This document shows, piece after piece, positions 1 to 9,789 of a stretch of 64,000 nt of DNA. A program made the translations under genes and the position numbers. The stretch's first letter is position 1. Each line of letters begins with the position of its first letter. The notes below the pieces were generated by a model, which saw only the letters and a list, made by a program, of their open reading frames with translations, was not told the DNA's origin and ran no database searches. Source of the stretch: a virus (lineage: Duplodnaviria; Caudoviricetes); IMG/VR virus record IMGVR_UViG_3300022555_000004, one strand, 5' to 3'.

Positions 1-2785
1 TACCAGATGTTCCACTAGAACCGCTTGTGCCTGATGTGCCTGAACTACCAGATGTTCCACTAGAACCACTTGTTCCTGATGCGCCTGTGGCTCCTGAACT
101 ACCAGATGTTCCACTAGAACCGCTTGTGCCTGATGTGCCTGAACTACCAGATGCTCCACTAGAACCTGAACTGCCTGAACTACCAGATGTTCCACTAGAA
201 CCGCTTGTGCCTGATGTGCCTGAACTACCAGATGTTCCACTAGAACCGCTTGTACCTGATGTTCCACTAGATCCAGATGTTCCACTAGAACCACTTGTTC
301 CTGATGCGCCTGAACTACCAGATGTTCCACTAGAACCGCTTGTGCCTGATGTGCCTGAACTACCAGATGTTCCACTAGAACCACTTGTTCCTGATGCGCC
401 TGTGGCTCCTGAACTACCAGACGTACCACTAGAACCTGAACTGCCTGAACTACCAGACGTACCACTAGAACCTGAACTGCCTGAACTACCAGATGTTCCA
501 CTAGAACCGCTTGTGCCGCTTGTTCCGCTAGAACCACTTGTGCCGCTTGTTCCGCTAGAACCACTTGTGCCTGAACTGCCTGATGATCCGCTTGTGCCCG
601 AACTACCAGATGTTCCACTAGAGCCAGACGTTCCACTAGAACCTGAACTGCCTGATGATCCGCTTGTGCCCGAACTGCCTGATGATCCGCTTGTGCCCGA
701 ACTACCAGATGTTCCACTAGAGCCAGACGTTCCACTAGAACCTGAACTGCCCGATGTACCACTAGACCCACTAGAGCCAGACGTGCCACTAGAACCAGAT
801 GTACCACTAGAACCAGAAGTGCCTGAACTACCAGATGTACCAGATGTACCACTAGAACCAGATGTTCCGCTTGTTCCACTAGAGCCAGATGTTCCTGAAC
901 TGCCACTTGTACCTGATGTTCCACTAGATCCAGATGTTCCTGAACTGCCGGACGTTCCGCTTGTACCAGAACTACCACTTGTTCCGCTTGTACCAGAACT
1001 GCCGCTTGTTCCACTAGAACCACTTGTGCCTGAACTACCAGAGGTTCCGCTTGTGCCACTAGACCCCGAAGTGCCTGAACTACCTGATGTTCCTGAACTA
1101 CCTGAACTACCTGATGTTCCGCTTGTGCCACTAGACCCCGAAGTGCCTGAACTGCCAGATGTTCCTGAACTGCCAGATGTACCACTTGTGCCTGAACTGC
1201 CGGACGTTCCACTAGAACCTGATGTTCCTGAACTGCCGCTCGTTCCACTAGAACCTGATGTGCCACTAGACCCTGATGTTCCTCTTGTTCCACTAGAGCC
1301 GGATGTTCCAGAACTACCTGATGTTCCTGATGTTACACCAAAAAAACTAACACCGCTTGTACCTGAACTACCAGATGATCCTGAGCTACCAGATGTACCT
1401 GTTCTACCACTAGAACCTGATGTTCCACTAGAGCCTGATGTGCCTGAACTGCCAGATGTTCCCCTTGTTCCACTAGAACCAGAACTACCAGAACTACCAG
1501 AACTACCAGATGTTCCTGTTGTGCCCGATGTTCCACTTGAACCTGAACTACCAGAACTACCAGAACTACCAGAACTACCCGATGTTCCTGTTGTGCCCGA
1601 TGTTCCGCTAGAACCTGAACTGCCTGATGTTCCCGTTGTGCCAGATGTTCCGCTTGAACCTGAACTGCCTGATGATCCACTAGAACCGCTAGAACCTGAA
1701 CTGCCTGATGTACCAGAACTACCGCGTGTGCCTGATGTTCCACTTGAACCTGAACTACCTGATGTACCAGATGAACCAGATGTTCCGCTAGAACCACTAG
1801 ACCCTGATGATCCACTTCTGCCTGAACTACCAGACGTTCCTCTTGTACCTGATGTTCCAGACGAGCCGTCAACACCAGATGTGCCTGATGTTCCAGACGA
1901 GCCGTCAACACCAGATGTGCCTGATGTTCCATCTATACCAGATGTACCCGAACTACCTGACGAACCGCTAGACCCCGATGTTCCTCTTGTTCCACTAGAA
2001 CCGCTTGTACCTGAACTACCAGCTGTTCCGCTAGAACCGCTTGTACCTGAGCTACCGCTAGATCCACTTGAACCACTAGAACCGGATGTTCCGCTTCTGC
2101 CTGAACTGCCTGATGTTCCGCTAGTACCTCTTGTTCCACTAGACCCACTTGTTCCACTAGACCCATCTATACCAGATGTTCCGCTTGAACCACTAGATCC
2201 CGATGTTCCTCTTGTTCCACTAGAACCACTAGAACCACTAGAACCAGATGTTCCCGAAAATCCAGATGTTCCATCTATACCTGATGTGCCTGAACTACCG
2301 TCTATACCTGATGTGCCAGAACTACCAGACGAACCACTAGATCCACTAGACCCTGATGTTCCTCTTGTTCCTGAACTACCAGAACTACCAGAAGATCCAC
2401 TAGAACCTGAGCTGCCTGAACTACCAGAAATGCCGCTTGTGCCCGATGTTCCGCTTGTGCCTGAACTACCAGAAGATCCGCTTGTGCCTGAACCACCGCT
2501 TGTTCCACTTGTTCCGCTTCTAAAAATATCAACATCATGATATGTTATATCATTTACAACAATATCAAACATTTCACCGTTATAATCATCTGTATCTACA
2601 TAAAATGAAAAAAGACCTTCACCATCAGATGTTATTTGCGGTGCCGTTTCAATTGCTGTAACGGATGTAGCCGTCAAATAAATTTTCGCTGGTGTCAATG
2701 TCCCAGCAACATATATGTAAACATCTACATTAGGAACAACATTACCATATGTTTCTCTTGTACGTCCTATAAAAATCTTTCTCAT
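1..2785 (-). CDS. Collagen-like Gly-X-Y (Gly/Ser/Thr-rich) fibre protein, 3' end runs off the window
   Basis: Not in the ORF track. ATG at 2785 overlaps the TAA of 2785..3051. My translation gives MRKIFIGRTRETYGNVVPNVDVYIYVAG...DVDIFR, then roughly 840 aa of GTS/GSS/GID/GVD/GAT triplets. The frame matches at both ends, and I saw no stop in the parts I translated. Confidence 0.85.
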   Translation of the reverse strand, partial: MRKIFIGRTRETYGNVVPNVDVYIYVAGTLTPAKIYLTATSVTAIETAPQITSDGEGLFSFYVDTDDYNGEMFDIVVNDITYHDVDIFRSGTSGTSGGSGTSGSSGSSGTSGTSGTSGISGSSGSSGSSGSSGSSGSSGTRGTSGSSGSSGSSGSSGTSGIDGSSGTSGIDGTSGFSGTSGSSGSSGSSGTRGTSGSSGSSGTSGIDGSSGTSGSSGTRGTSGTSGSSGRSGTSGSSGSSGSSGSSGTSGSSGTAGSSGTSGSSGTRGTSGSSGSSGSSGTSGIDGTSGTSGVDGSSGTSGTSGVDGSSGTSGTRGTSGSSGRSGSSGSSGSSGTSGSSGTSGSSGSSGTSGTRGSSGTSGSSGSSGSSGSSGSSGSSGTSGTTGTSGSSGSSGTSGTTGTSGSSGSSGSSGSSGSSGTSGTTGTSGSSGSSGSSGSSGTRGTSGSSGTSGSSGTSGSSGRTGTSGSSGSSGSSGTSGVSFFGVTSGTSGSSGTSGSSGTRGTSGSSGTSGSSGTSGSSGTSGSSGTSGSSGTSGTSGSSGTSGSSGTSGSSGTSGTSGSSGSSGTSGSSGTSGSSGTSGTSGSSGTSGSSGTSGSSGTSGTSGSSGTSGTSGSSGTSGSSGTSGTSGSSGTSGSSGTSGTSGSSGTSGTSGSSGTSGSSGTSGSSGTSGSSGSSGTSGSSGSSGTSGSSGTSGSSGTSGSSGSSGTSGSSGSSGSSGTSGSSGTSGSSGTSGSSGSSGTSGSSGTSGTSGSSGTSGTSGSSGTSGSSGSSGSSGTSGSSGSSGSSGTSGSSGATGASGTSGSSGTSGSSGTSGTSGSSGTSGSSGASGTSGSSGTSGSSGTSGTSGSSGTSGSSGTSGTSGSSGTSGSSGSSGSSGASGSSGTSGTSGSSGTSGSSGATGASGTSGSSGTSGSSGTSGTSGSSGTSG

Positions 2786-3051
2786 TATATTCCCTCAGTT
2801 TGAATAATGAATATATCAGCGACACAATAGGTTTCCATAAAATCTAAAAGAATAACATTCAATAATACAGGTATATCTGTCCCTTTTATTTCAAAATCTA
2901 TATCTATTGACGAGTTTGCAAAATCAATTCCTTTTTTTATTTCAAACGCCAAATCAAAAGACGAATTTATTACTTCAATGTCCGTTTTGACTATTTCAAA
3001 ATTTAACTCCGGCGAATCATCAACAATTTCAATTCTATGTGATTGTTCCAT
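2785..3051 (-). CDS. Hypothetical protein with three FEI-containing repeats, probably structural
   Basis: Translationally coupled (TAATG overlaps) between the BppU-like gene and the collagen-like gene. Confidence 0.6.
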   Translation of the reverse strand: MEQSHRIEIVDDSPELNFEIVKTDIEVINSSFDLAFEIKKGIDFANSSIDIDFEIKGTDIPVLLNVILLDFMETYCVADIFIIQTEGI

Positions 3052-3347
3052 TAAGATAGCTCTTCAATATTTAATATAGTTTTATGTTTATATATCAAAC
3101 TATTTTTTGTCAATGTCCATATGATAAAATAAATCCCTTTCGTGTCGGTTACGGTCGTTGGCACCGTTATTTTTACAACATTACCCACAACCATTGCCGT
3201 TGCTTCTGCCATAACTGTATCACCAGAACTATTTTCTATGTGACATGTTGCTGTGTCTATATTGAAATCTTCTTCTTCCATATCTCTGACAGTAACTTCT
3301 ACTGTCCTATATTCGTTTTCGTAAAATTTCATATATGTGTTTGACAT
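3051..3347 (-). CDS. BppU-like small beta-rich virion protein
   Basis: Pattern E.RTVEVTVRD...FNIDTATCHI...GIYFIIWTLT resembles BppU N-terminal domains. Confidence 0.5.
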   Translation of the reverse strand: MSNTYMKFYENEYRTVEVTVRDMEEEDFNIDTATCHIENSSGDTVMAEATAMVVGNVVKITVPTTVTDTKGIYFIIWTLTKNSLIYKHKTILNIEELS

Positions 3348-3364
3348 TATAAACTCCTAAAAAA

Positions 3365-3907
3365 TTACCTTGATGTTCTATATTTATACAAATACTTACT
3401 TAAACTTTTTGCAAATATGTTTTTATGTGCGTGTGGATTTCTCTCTTTCATTCTGTCTGTCAAAATTGCCAATTGTTTCATTGCTGACATAGAATAATCT
3501 CTCGTCCATGTGGAAATTACTTCGTCAACTACCTTGTCCATTGGTATCTCACGACCATATTTTATAAGGTTTTGTTTCAGAATATATCGTCTAATAGCAA
3601 CTTTCATAAATGGCCATGTGCTACTAACTTTGTTCCATGTTAGTCTTACATTCCCGTTATTCCGTTGAAGCAATGGCAACCACATATTGACAAATTTCTT
3701 TCTATAGTTTCTAGGTATATACGAAAGATTAATACACTGGGCGTATGAGTGAACATGACCTGTGTTTGGATGTGTGCCATGAACATAATTTAACATAACA
3801 ACTGTTGGAATCGGATCATTTTTATATGATTTGTAATAGAACGAATAAAAATGTCCTGACCTGAGCCAAAGCATTCCTTCCCTAACTTTAAGACTTGCTG
3901 TTAACAT
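3365..3907 (-). CDS. gp2: T4 gp2-like DNA end protector protein
   Basis: GHFYSFYY...INLSYIP..YR motif, and position next to gp4 as in T4-like phages. Confidence 0.6.
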   Translation of the reverse strand: MLTASLKVREGMLWLRSGHFYSFYYKSYKNDPIPTVVMLNYVHGTHPNTGHVHSYAQCINLSYIPRNYRKKFVNMWLPLLQRNNGNVRLTWNKVSSTWPFMKVAIRRYILKQNLIKYGREIPMDKVVDEVISTWTRDYSMSAMKQLAILTDRMKERNPHAHKNIFAKSLSKYLYKYRTSR

Positions 3908-4815
3908 ACCATATCACCAATCCTTTTATTGATAAAATCATCAATCATTGTAAAGTCTTTATTTTTAATCCAATTATGATGATCAATAACCAATAGATCT
4001 ATATTTAATTCCTTACATTTTTCTTTTTTAATATTATCTTTATACTCCACATATTCTCCTTCATGCCAGTGGATAGCATTATATTCAATTGCCTTGTTTA
4101 TTTCTGGTAATAATATATCAAGTTCTAAAAATCTACCACTTTTAGGATTAATAACGGTTGACCTATCACCTGATATTACTTCATAATTATATTTATCCTT
4201 TATGTAATTACAAATTTCGACCTCTGGTTTAGATTTTTGAATTGACAATGCACATATCGGACATCGTTGGCCTTGTTGAAAACTATTATATCTCATTGTA
4301 AATTGATGTTTTTTAGGGCACATTAATCGTATATCATTGAACGCCCCTATATATTCTGATGATAATAATGAATATCCCTCTTGTTCAATAAATTCTTTTA
4401 TATCATCATATGGTGTTCTTCTTTTTTCTCTTGCACATGTTGGACATCTTTGACCTTGATGAAACGCCGAATACCTCATTTTAAATATATGTTCATTTGG
4501 ACATTTAATTTTTAATTTATCTATCGCTTTATTGTATGTATCACTCAATAACACATATCCGGCATCCTCTATATATTTTTGTATAACATCATATGAAGTC
4601 GAATTACTATTGGCTATTTTAGTATTTTTACATTCTGGATGATTACATCTCGTTCCTTTCAAAAAATTATAAAACATCGGATAAAAAGTATGACCTTTTG
4701 GGCACATTACTATCAATGGCCTCACTGATGTTTTATATTCTGTACTCAATAATTTATAACCTTCAACACTGTTAATTGTATCCCCAACATGTTTATAAGT
4801 TAATTTTTTACACAT
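3901..4815 (-). CDS. Free-standing homing endonuclease-like protein (three zinc-ribbon repeats plus PD-(D/E)xK domain)
   Basis: Repeats CPxxH.F.MRY..F.QGQRCPxC; C-terminal SKPEVEI...ELDILLPEINKAIEYNAIHWH; lies between gp4 and gp2. Confidence 0.75.
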   Translation of the reverse strand: MCKKLTYKHVGDTINSVEGYKLLSTEYKTSVRPLIVMCPKGHTFYPMFYNFLKGTRCNHPECKNTKIANSNSTSYDVIQKYIEDAGYVLLSDTYNKAIDKLKIKCPNEHIFKMRYSAFHQGQRCPTCAREKRRTPYDDIKEFIEQEGYSLLSSEYIGAFNDIRLMCPKKHQFTMRYNSFQQGQRCPICALSIQKSKPEVEICNYIKDKYNYEVISGDRSTVINPKSGRFLELDILLPEINKAIEYNAIHWHEGEYVEYKDNIKKEKCKELNIDLLVIDHHNWIKNKDFTMIDDFINKRIGDMVC

Positions 4816-4818
4816 ATT

Positions 4819-5292
4819 TTACCCCTTTCCATCTTTGAATAAATCCTTTTCAGTTAAAATACGAAATGTTATACCATATTTCCTACAGAATATTTCTGCT
4901 GCTTTCCATTTGGCTATGTTGGTTTGCCATGTGCAAAATTCATACATAACCGTTTTATCTTTTTTATTGCCGTGTTGTGTTGGAACTACAGTTTCTTTAT
5001 ATGGTTTTATTTCAATAATATAATTTTGGATTCTTCCGTTTGTATCCTTTACACTCATTGCAAAATCTGGAAAATATCTTCTGTTTTTCTTTTTGATTGG
5101 GTCATAGTATGGTATTTGTAATGATTCAGATGACCATTTTATTATGTTTGGATTTGAATCACACCACTTACAAAAATTGGTTTCCCAACTTGATCTACAT
5201 ACAGGCAATTCTTTACCAAAATATTTTTCTTCGTTTATCGGCGTATATCGGGCATGTTTAGTAGGATTGAATGTGCTTGAATGATATCCCAT
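4819..5292 (-). CDS. gp4: Head completion nuclease (T4 gp4, TnsA-like)
   Basis: RSSWE..FCKWCD.NPNI.KWSSE...IPY...RYFPDF...IEIKP...N.AKW.AA. Confidence 0.9.
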   Translation of the reverse strand: MGYHSSTFNPTKHARYTPINEEKYFGKELPVCRSSWETNFCKWCDSNPNIIKWSSESLQIPYYDPIKKKNRRYFPDFAMSVKDTNGRIQNYIIEIKPYKETVVPTQHGNKKDKTVMYEFCTWQTNIAKWKAAEIFCRKYGITFRILTEKDLFKDGKG

Positions 5293-5300
5293 GTTTTATC

Positions 5301-5582
5301 CTATTTTTTTAATGTGTCTTCCATTTTTAGTAGTGCATCGTAATATTTTGGAAATTCGTTCAAATGTGCCAAAGCAATTTTAGCTGTCATAATTGGGTCA
5401 TCATCTGTAATATTTGTTTCCGGTGACTTTGTGCCGTGTTCAAGTTCAATATTTAATCCAATTTTAAATTGTTCTACATCAAATTTATCAAATTTGATGT
5501 TCAATTTTTTACCTATCTCAACAGCATCGTTGGTTGAAAAGGATTTCTTTTTTTCTTCGTTTATAAATGAATTGAATTTCAT
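5301..5582 (-). CDS. DUF5661-like protein with capsid-targeting-like N-terminus
   Basis: FDVEQFKIGLNIELEHG...TDDDP..TAKIALAHLNEFPKYY; starts MKFNSFINEE. Confidence 0.75.
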   Translation of the reverse strand: MKFNSFINEEKKKSFSTNDAVEIGKKLNIKFDKFDVEQFKIGLNIELEHGTKSPETNITDDDPIMTAKIALAHLNEFPKYYDALLKMEDTLKK

Positions 5583-6163
5583 TATATAATTCCTCCGGCA
5601 CCAACGGCTCTTTCTTTACTATATTCATCTGGGCTAGTTTTTTTCCAATCAAGCCATCCTTTGATGTATTTGCCTGATACTAATAACAACCAAAAAGCCG
5701 CATAAAATGCTATTGCTTTACCGCTATATTCGGTTCCTTTTAGCATTTTATCAAATTCAAGCCAGACTTGAAGTGCTGGATAAAACGCCAATGTTGGAAA
5801 CATTTCTGTTTTTAACAAGTCCCACCAATGCTTTGCATCCTCGTTTATTGCTACAGATTCTTGTTTGTTTTTTGATTTGTAGTATCTCATGTTTGTTGGT
5901 ATGCCCAATTCTTGCTCTAAATCGAAAAGTTCTTCTTCTCTCGCTGTCTTTTTCAAATCTTTTACATCAATATTAAGTTTTTTTGATAACGCTAACAGTT
6001 TATCTGGATCAACACATGATAGAATTTCTTTGAATGACATTTCACATTCTTTTTCAAATTGGGTGTATGTCATTTTTGATATTTCCTTTTTAATCTTACC
6101 AAATGCTGTTAAAATCCACGTTGGTAGTGACATTTCATTTACCATATATTTTTGTAATCTCAT
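5582..6163 (-). CDS. Hypothetical protein with capsid-targeting-like N-terminus and hydrophobic C-terminal helices
   Basis: Starts MRLQKYMVNE; hydrophobic segments FPTLAFYPALQVWL and AIAFYAAFWLLLVSG. Confidence 0.65.
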   Translation of the reverse strand: MRLQKYMVNEMSLPTWILTAFGKIKKEISKMTYTQFEKECEMSFKEILSCVDPDKLLALSKKLNIDVKDLKKTAREEELFDLEQELGIPTNMRYYKSKNKQESVAINEDAKHWWDLLKTEMFPTLAFYPALQVWLEFDKMLKGTEYSGKAIAFYAAFWLLLVSGKYIKGWLDWKKTSPDEYSKERAVGAGGII

Positions 6164-6840
6164 TAGTTTATCCTCTCTGTATCTCCGTTTTTCTTTACAT
6201 GATACGCTTCAAATGTTATAATCTTATCATCTGATATATTTTCAGGTATATCATATGTTTTTCTTATTTTATCAATAATATCTTTTGGCACATCATCTCT
6301 AATAGATAAAAATGCTTGGCAATTTTCTAAAAAATCATCATATATTCTTGTTCTACGATATACACCACTTTCCAGATATTCTATAATTATTCTTTTTTTG
6401 GCGTCTGGTATGCGCTCGCTAGGTGTTTTTTTGCTTCCTGCTCGAACAATATATGTCTTATCTATTGGAAATCCTTGTTTTCTAAATGTATTCAAAAATT
6501 TTTCTTTATCGTTCATATCTTCTCTGGCTGTAAGAAGAATAATTTTCGATCCTTTTACGCTCGATTTTTCTATTATTGTACTTATTTTATCTAACATTTT
6601 TTTGATAGGTTTGGACGTTTCATAAAAAAGTTTACCACTGAAAAATTCATCAAAACAAAGAGTTTCCCCTTCTTTTAGTTTATAAGCGTTATATTCTGCA
6701 TTAGTCAAGGATCTTATAAGTTTGTTATCTTTCACTACACCTATTGTAGCATGTGTATAGAATAATGTTTCATCAATATCAACAAAGGTTATCCCAAGAC
6801 CGTCATCATTTTGTTCATTTATGAATTTTTTCAATCTCAT
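6163..6840 (-). CDS. HAD-superfamily phosphatase paralog 1 (Pnk 3'-phosphatase-like)
   Basis: DIDET (motif I), LTAR (II), AKK (III), YDD (IV); probable start MRLKKFINE at 6840. Confidence 0.8.
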   Translation of the reverse strand: MRLKKFINEQNDDGLGITFVDIDETLFYTHATIGVVKDNKLIRSLTNAEYNAYKLKEGETLCFDEFFSGKLFYETSKPIKKMLDKISTIIEKSSVKGSKIILLTAREDMNDKEKFLNTFRKQGFPIDKTYIVRAGSKKTPSERIPDAKKRIIIEYLESGVYRRTRIYDDFLENCQAFLSIRDDVPKDIIDKIRKTYDIPENISDDKIITFEAYHVKKNGDTERIN

Positions 6841-7517
6841 TATTTTACGCTCCGTATTGTGCCGCCATCTTGAACATGCCAAGATTCAAATTGAATTACA
6901 TCTTCATCAGGAACGGTTTCATCAAGATCATATGTTTTTCTGATTTTTGTTATAATTTCTTTTGGAAGGGAATTGCCTAATGATAAAAATTCTTTACATA
7001 CGGTTAAGAAATCATCGAACACTCTTGTTCTTCTATATAGGCCGGTGTTCAAATACGATAAGATTATTTCTTTTTTTGCTTGCCAAACAGTAACATTACC
7101 TGTTTGTTTATTTCCGGCTCTTTCAACGTATGCTTGGTCTATTGGGATGCCTTCTTGTCTAAATTTTTCAAGAAACAATTCTTTATTATCTAAGTCACGT
7201 CTTGCTGTTAAAATTATTACTTTCGATCCTTTGACCTCTGTATGCTTGATAATTCTGGCCGCCCTTTTTACCATTTTTTCTATTGGTTTAGATGTTTCAT
7301 AAAATAATTTTGAACTTCTAAATTCTTCAAAGTCAAAGGATTCGCCGTCTTTAATTTTATAAGCATTAAATTCGCTGTTTGATAATGCTCTTATTACTTT
7401 TCCATCTTTGATGACATTTATTTTAGCAAAGGTGTTGAATAATGTTTCGTCAAGATCAATAAAGGTGATTCCAAGACCGATATTCTCTTTTTCCGATAGA
7501 TATTGATTAAGACGCAT
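6840..7517 (-). CDS. HAD-superfamily phosphatase paralog 2
   Basis: DLDET, LTAR, AKK, FDD; probable start MRLNQYLSE at 7517. Confidence 0.8.
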   Translation of the reverse strand: MRLNQYLSEKENIGLGITFIDLDETLFNTFAKINVIKDGKVIRALSNSEFNAYKIKDGESFDFEEFRSSKLFYETSKPIEKMVKRAARIIKHTEVKGSKVIILTARRDLDNKELFLEKFRQEGIPIDQAYVERAGNKQTGNVTVWQAKKEIILSYLNTGLYRRTRVFDDFLTVCKEFLSLGNSLPKEIITKIRKTYDLDETVPDEDVIQFESWHVQDGGTIRSVK

Positions 7518-7555
7518 TAATATTTTTCTCCATAATAAACGATGTTGTTTGGTAT

Positions 7556-7569
7556 TATTTATATAAATA
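7556..7569. promoter_or_regulatory. Overlapping divergent T4-type late promoters (TATAAATA on both strands)
   Basis: tatttatataaata: minus-strand TATAAATA at 7556-7563, plus-strand at 7562-7569, between divergent HAD genes. Confidence 0.7.
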
Positions 7570-7601
7570 GTTCTAAAGAAATTATACATGAGGTTATAAA
7601 A

Positions 7602-8282
7602 ATGCGTTTAAATTCATATTTGGATGAAAGTCAGAGTGTTTACGGGCCTGGCATAACATTCATGGATATTGATGACACAATTCTTAAAACATACGCCAGA
7701 GTTCAGATAAAAAAAGATGGCAAAACACTCCAACGATTACGAAATCATGAATACTTGACATATACGCCAAAAGAAGGCGAGGTTGCTGATTTTTCAGAAT
7801 ACTCTGATGCTGATGTATTTTACAAAACATCTGAACCTGTTGATCCCGTAATAAAAAGAATTCAAAAAATGTTTGTAAAATTAAAAGAACGTGGTTCTCG
7901 TATAGTAATAGTGTCTGGTAGAGAAGATGCTAATGATAAAAATAGATTTTTAGAAACATTCCGAAAATTTGGTGTTCCTATTGATGACATATATGTAGAA
8001 AGAGTTGGCAATGATCCGGCAGCGGTAAAAGACCTTCCTCATGCAAAAAAGAATGTTATACTAAAATATCTTAGTTCCGGTTTATATAGAAGGGCTCGTT
8101 TAGTAGATGACAGCACGGCAAATTGTGAAGTGTTTTTAGAATTAGAAGATGATTTGCCTGATAGTGTTTTAAATAAAATTAGAGATAAATATAATGTGCC
8201 TGATGGTGAGACACCAATAAAATTTTATGCACTAAAAGTATTGAAAAACGGGTCATTACAACAAATTGAACGAAATAACTAG
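7602..8282 (+). CDS. HAD-superfamily phosphatase paralog 3
   Basis: DIDDT, VSGR, AKK, VDD; probable start MRLNSYLDE at 7602 after a GAGG RBS. Confidence 0.8.
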   Translation: MRLNSYLDESQSVYGPGITFMDIDDTILKTYARVQIKKDGKTLQRLRNHEYLTYTPKEGEVADFSEYSDADVFYKTSEPVDPVIKRIQKMFVKLKERGSRIVIVSGREDANDKNRFLETFRKFGVPIDDIYVERVGNDPAAVKDLPHAKKNVILKYLSSGLYRRARLVDDSTANCEVFLELEDDLPDSVLNKIRDKYNVPDGETPIKFYALKVLKNGSLQQIERNN

Positions 8283-8306
8283 AATGTTATAACAGGAATA
8301 TAAAAG

Positions 8307-9035
8307 ATGAGATTAAAAAACTTCCTAAAAGAACAAGATGGTGGTGCAACACCAGGCGGCGAAGGATTCGTTGATGCTGGTACAGGAACAACAACCAAAA
8401 ACATTGAGCCTTTTATTAGTAAAATAGGTACTGCCCCAGTTAGTCGATTCAAAAAGAAGAAAAAGAAACGTATATTCTATAATGAATCCAAAGATAATTT
8501 TATTATGGATATATATGACGTTTTATCTAATAATACATTGAACGAATCCCTTGTTCCTGATTTTATATTCAATAATATCAAGTCCGTTGGTGATAAAATA
8601 GGGTTCAAAATAAAAAGATCCGATACTTTATTCAATTATATTGGTTACGCTGAACGAGAAATAGTTGAATTGTTCAATCTTGTTTGTTTATATATTATTG
8701 CCGGCCCTACGGATAAATCATCTTTGAAATCGGAGATTAAAAAATCGGTATCGGGTATAAACAGAAAAAGATTAGTTGCCTTTTTCATTCAAGCAGACAA
8801 ATTAACACTTGGCCTTGTTGCATTTGTTGGAAAAATTATTCAGAATATTACAGGGGTTGAAATAACATCATATAATAAATGGGTTAGTAATATAGAATAT
8901 ATTATTGTCCATTTAGATGATGTAAAAAGTGTGTTAGATACAATGAATCCAACACCAGAAGAAATATCGGCCTTTGATAATCTTTATAATTTGATATTGA
9001 AAACGAAAAAAGAAGTTGAGGATATAAAAAAGTAG
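8307..9035 (+). CDS. Hypothetical protein with capsid-targeting-like N-terminus
   Basis: Starts MRLKNFLKEQ; basic RFKKKKKKR tract. Confidence 0.65.
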   Translation: MRLKNFLKEQDGGATPGGEGFVDAGTGTTTKNIEPFISKIGTAPVSRFKKKKKKRIFYNESKDNFIMDIYDVLSNNTLNESLVPDFIFNNIKSVGDKIGFKIKRSDTLFNYIGYAEREIVELFNLVCLYIIAGPTDKSSLKSEIKKSVSGINRKRLVAFFIQADKLTLGLVAFVGKIIQNITGVEITSYNKWVSNIEYIIVHLDDVKSVLDTMNPTPEEISAFDNLYNLILKTKKEVEDIKK

Positions 9036-9042
9036 GAGAAAT

Positions 9043-9789
9043 ATGATACTGGGTTATATTAAAAAATTGTGGAATGGCAGGTCGGTTGTTATTGATAAAC
9101 CGGATGTTGGTTATGTTCAAGTTGAATATACATGTGATGAAACAACATGTGTCAATAAAAAGAAAATTCATACATCAAGATATAGTTCTATGGTTGATAT
9201 GAATAAATGGAATAATATAAATCATCAAATGTGTCGTTCTTGTAGAACACGTAAATCTGAGAAATACGTGAAAAATGCATTGATAACATATGATTTAATT
9301 GTTGATAATCTTAAACGTGAAAAATATATAATTATTACAACCAAAAAAGAATTTGAAAACTCATTGAGGCCATCAGCAACACAATTGAATGTAATATGCT
9401 CTAATGGTCATAAACATAATATATCATGGAATAATTGGAAAAATAAAAATCGTAGATGTGGTCAGTGTGAAAAAGAAAAACGATATAACAATGCTGTCAA
9501 ATATAAAGAAGGATATATTGAATATAGATTCCTTGTAGATCAAGAAACAAGAAAAACATACAAGGCATATAAACAAATAATAGATCCTAATAATATAGGT
9601 AGAAGTTATAAATATCACTTAGACCACAAATATTCGATATATCAGGGGTTTATTGATAATATTGATCCCAAAATAATAGGATCTATACATAATCTACAAA
9701 TGTTATCTTTTGATACAAATATATCAAAAGGGTCTGATTGTTCAATAACAAAGGAGAAATTAATTGATGAATGTCTTGGAAAAAATTGA
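9043..9789 (+). CDS. HNH-type homing endonuclease with zinc-ribbon modules
   Basis: YHLDHKYSI...IGSIHNLQML...N.SKG; CSNGH...RRCGQC. Confidence 0.75.
   Translation: MILGYIKKLWNGRSVVIDKPDVGYVQVEYTCDETTCVNKKKIHTSRYSSMVDMNKWNNINHQMCRSCRTRKSEKYVKNALITYDLIVDNLKREKYIIITTKKEFENSLRPSATQLNVICSNGHKHNISWNNWKNKNRRCGQCEKEKRYNNAVKYKEGYIEYRFLVDQETRKTYKAYKQIIDPNNIGRSYKYHLDHKYSIYQGFIDNIDPKIIGSIHNLQMLSFDTNISKGSDCSITKEKLIDECLGKN

Noticed and set aside
1-2520. Possible CRISPR array or non-coding tandem repeat
   Set aside because: Units are multiples of 3 nt with synonymous variation and no unique spacers, so this is a coding repeat
27-2540. 837-aa PDVPLEP-repeat ORF on the plus strand, and the minus-strand ORFs 1333-1932, 1933-2166 and 2302-2538
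   Set aside because: These are shadow frames of the Gly-Ser-Thr collagen-like gene, which has a coupled ATG at 2785 and a globular N-terminus
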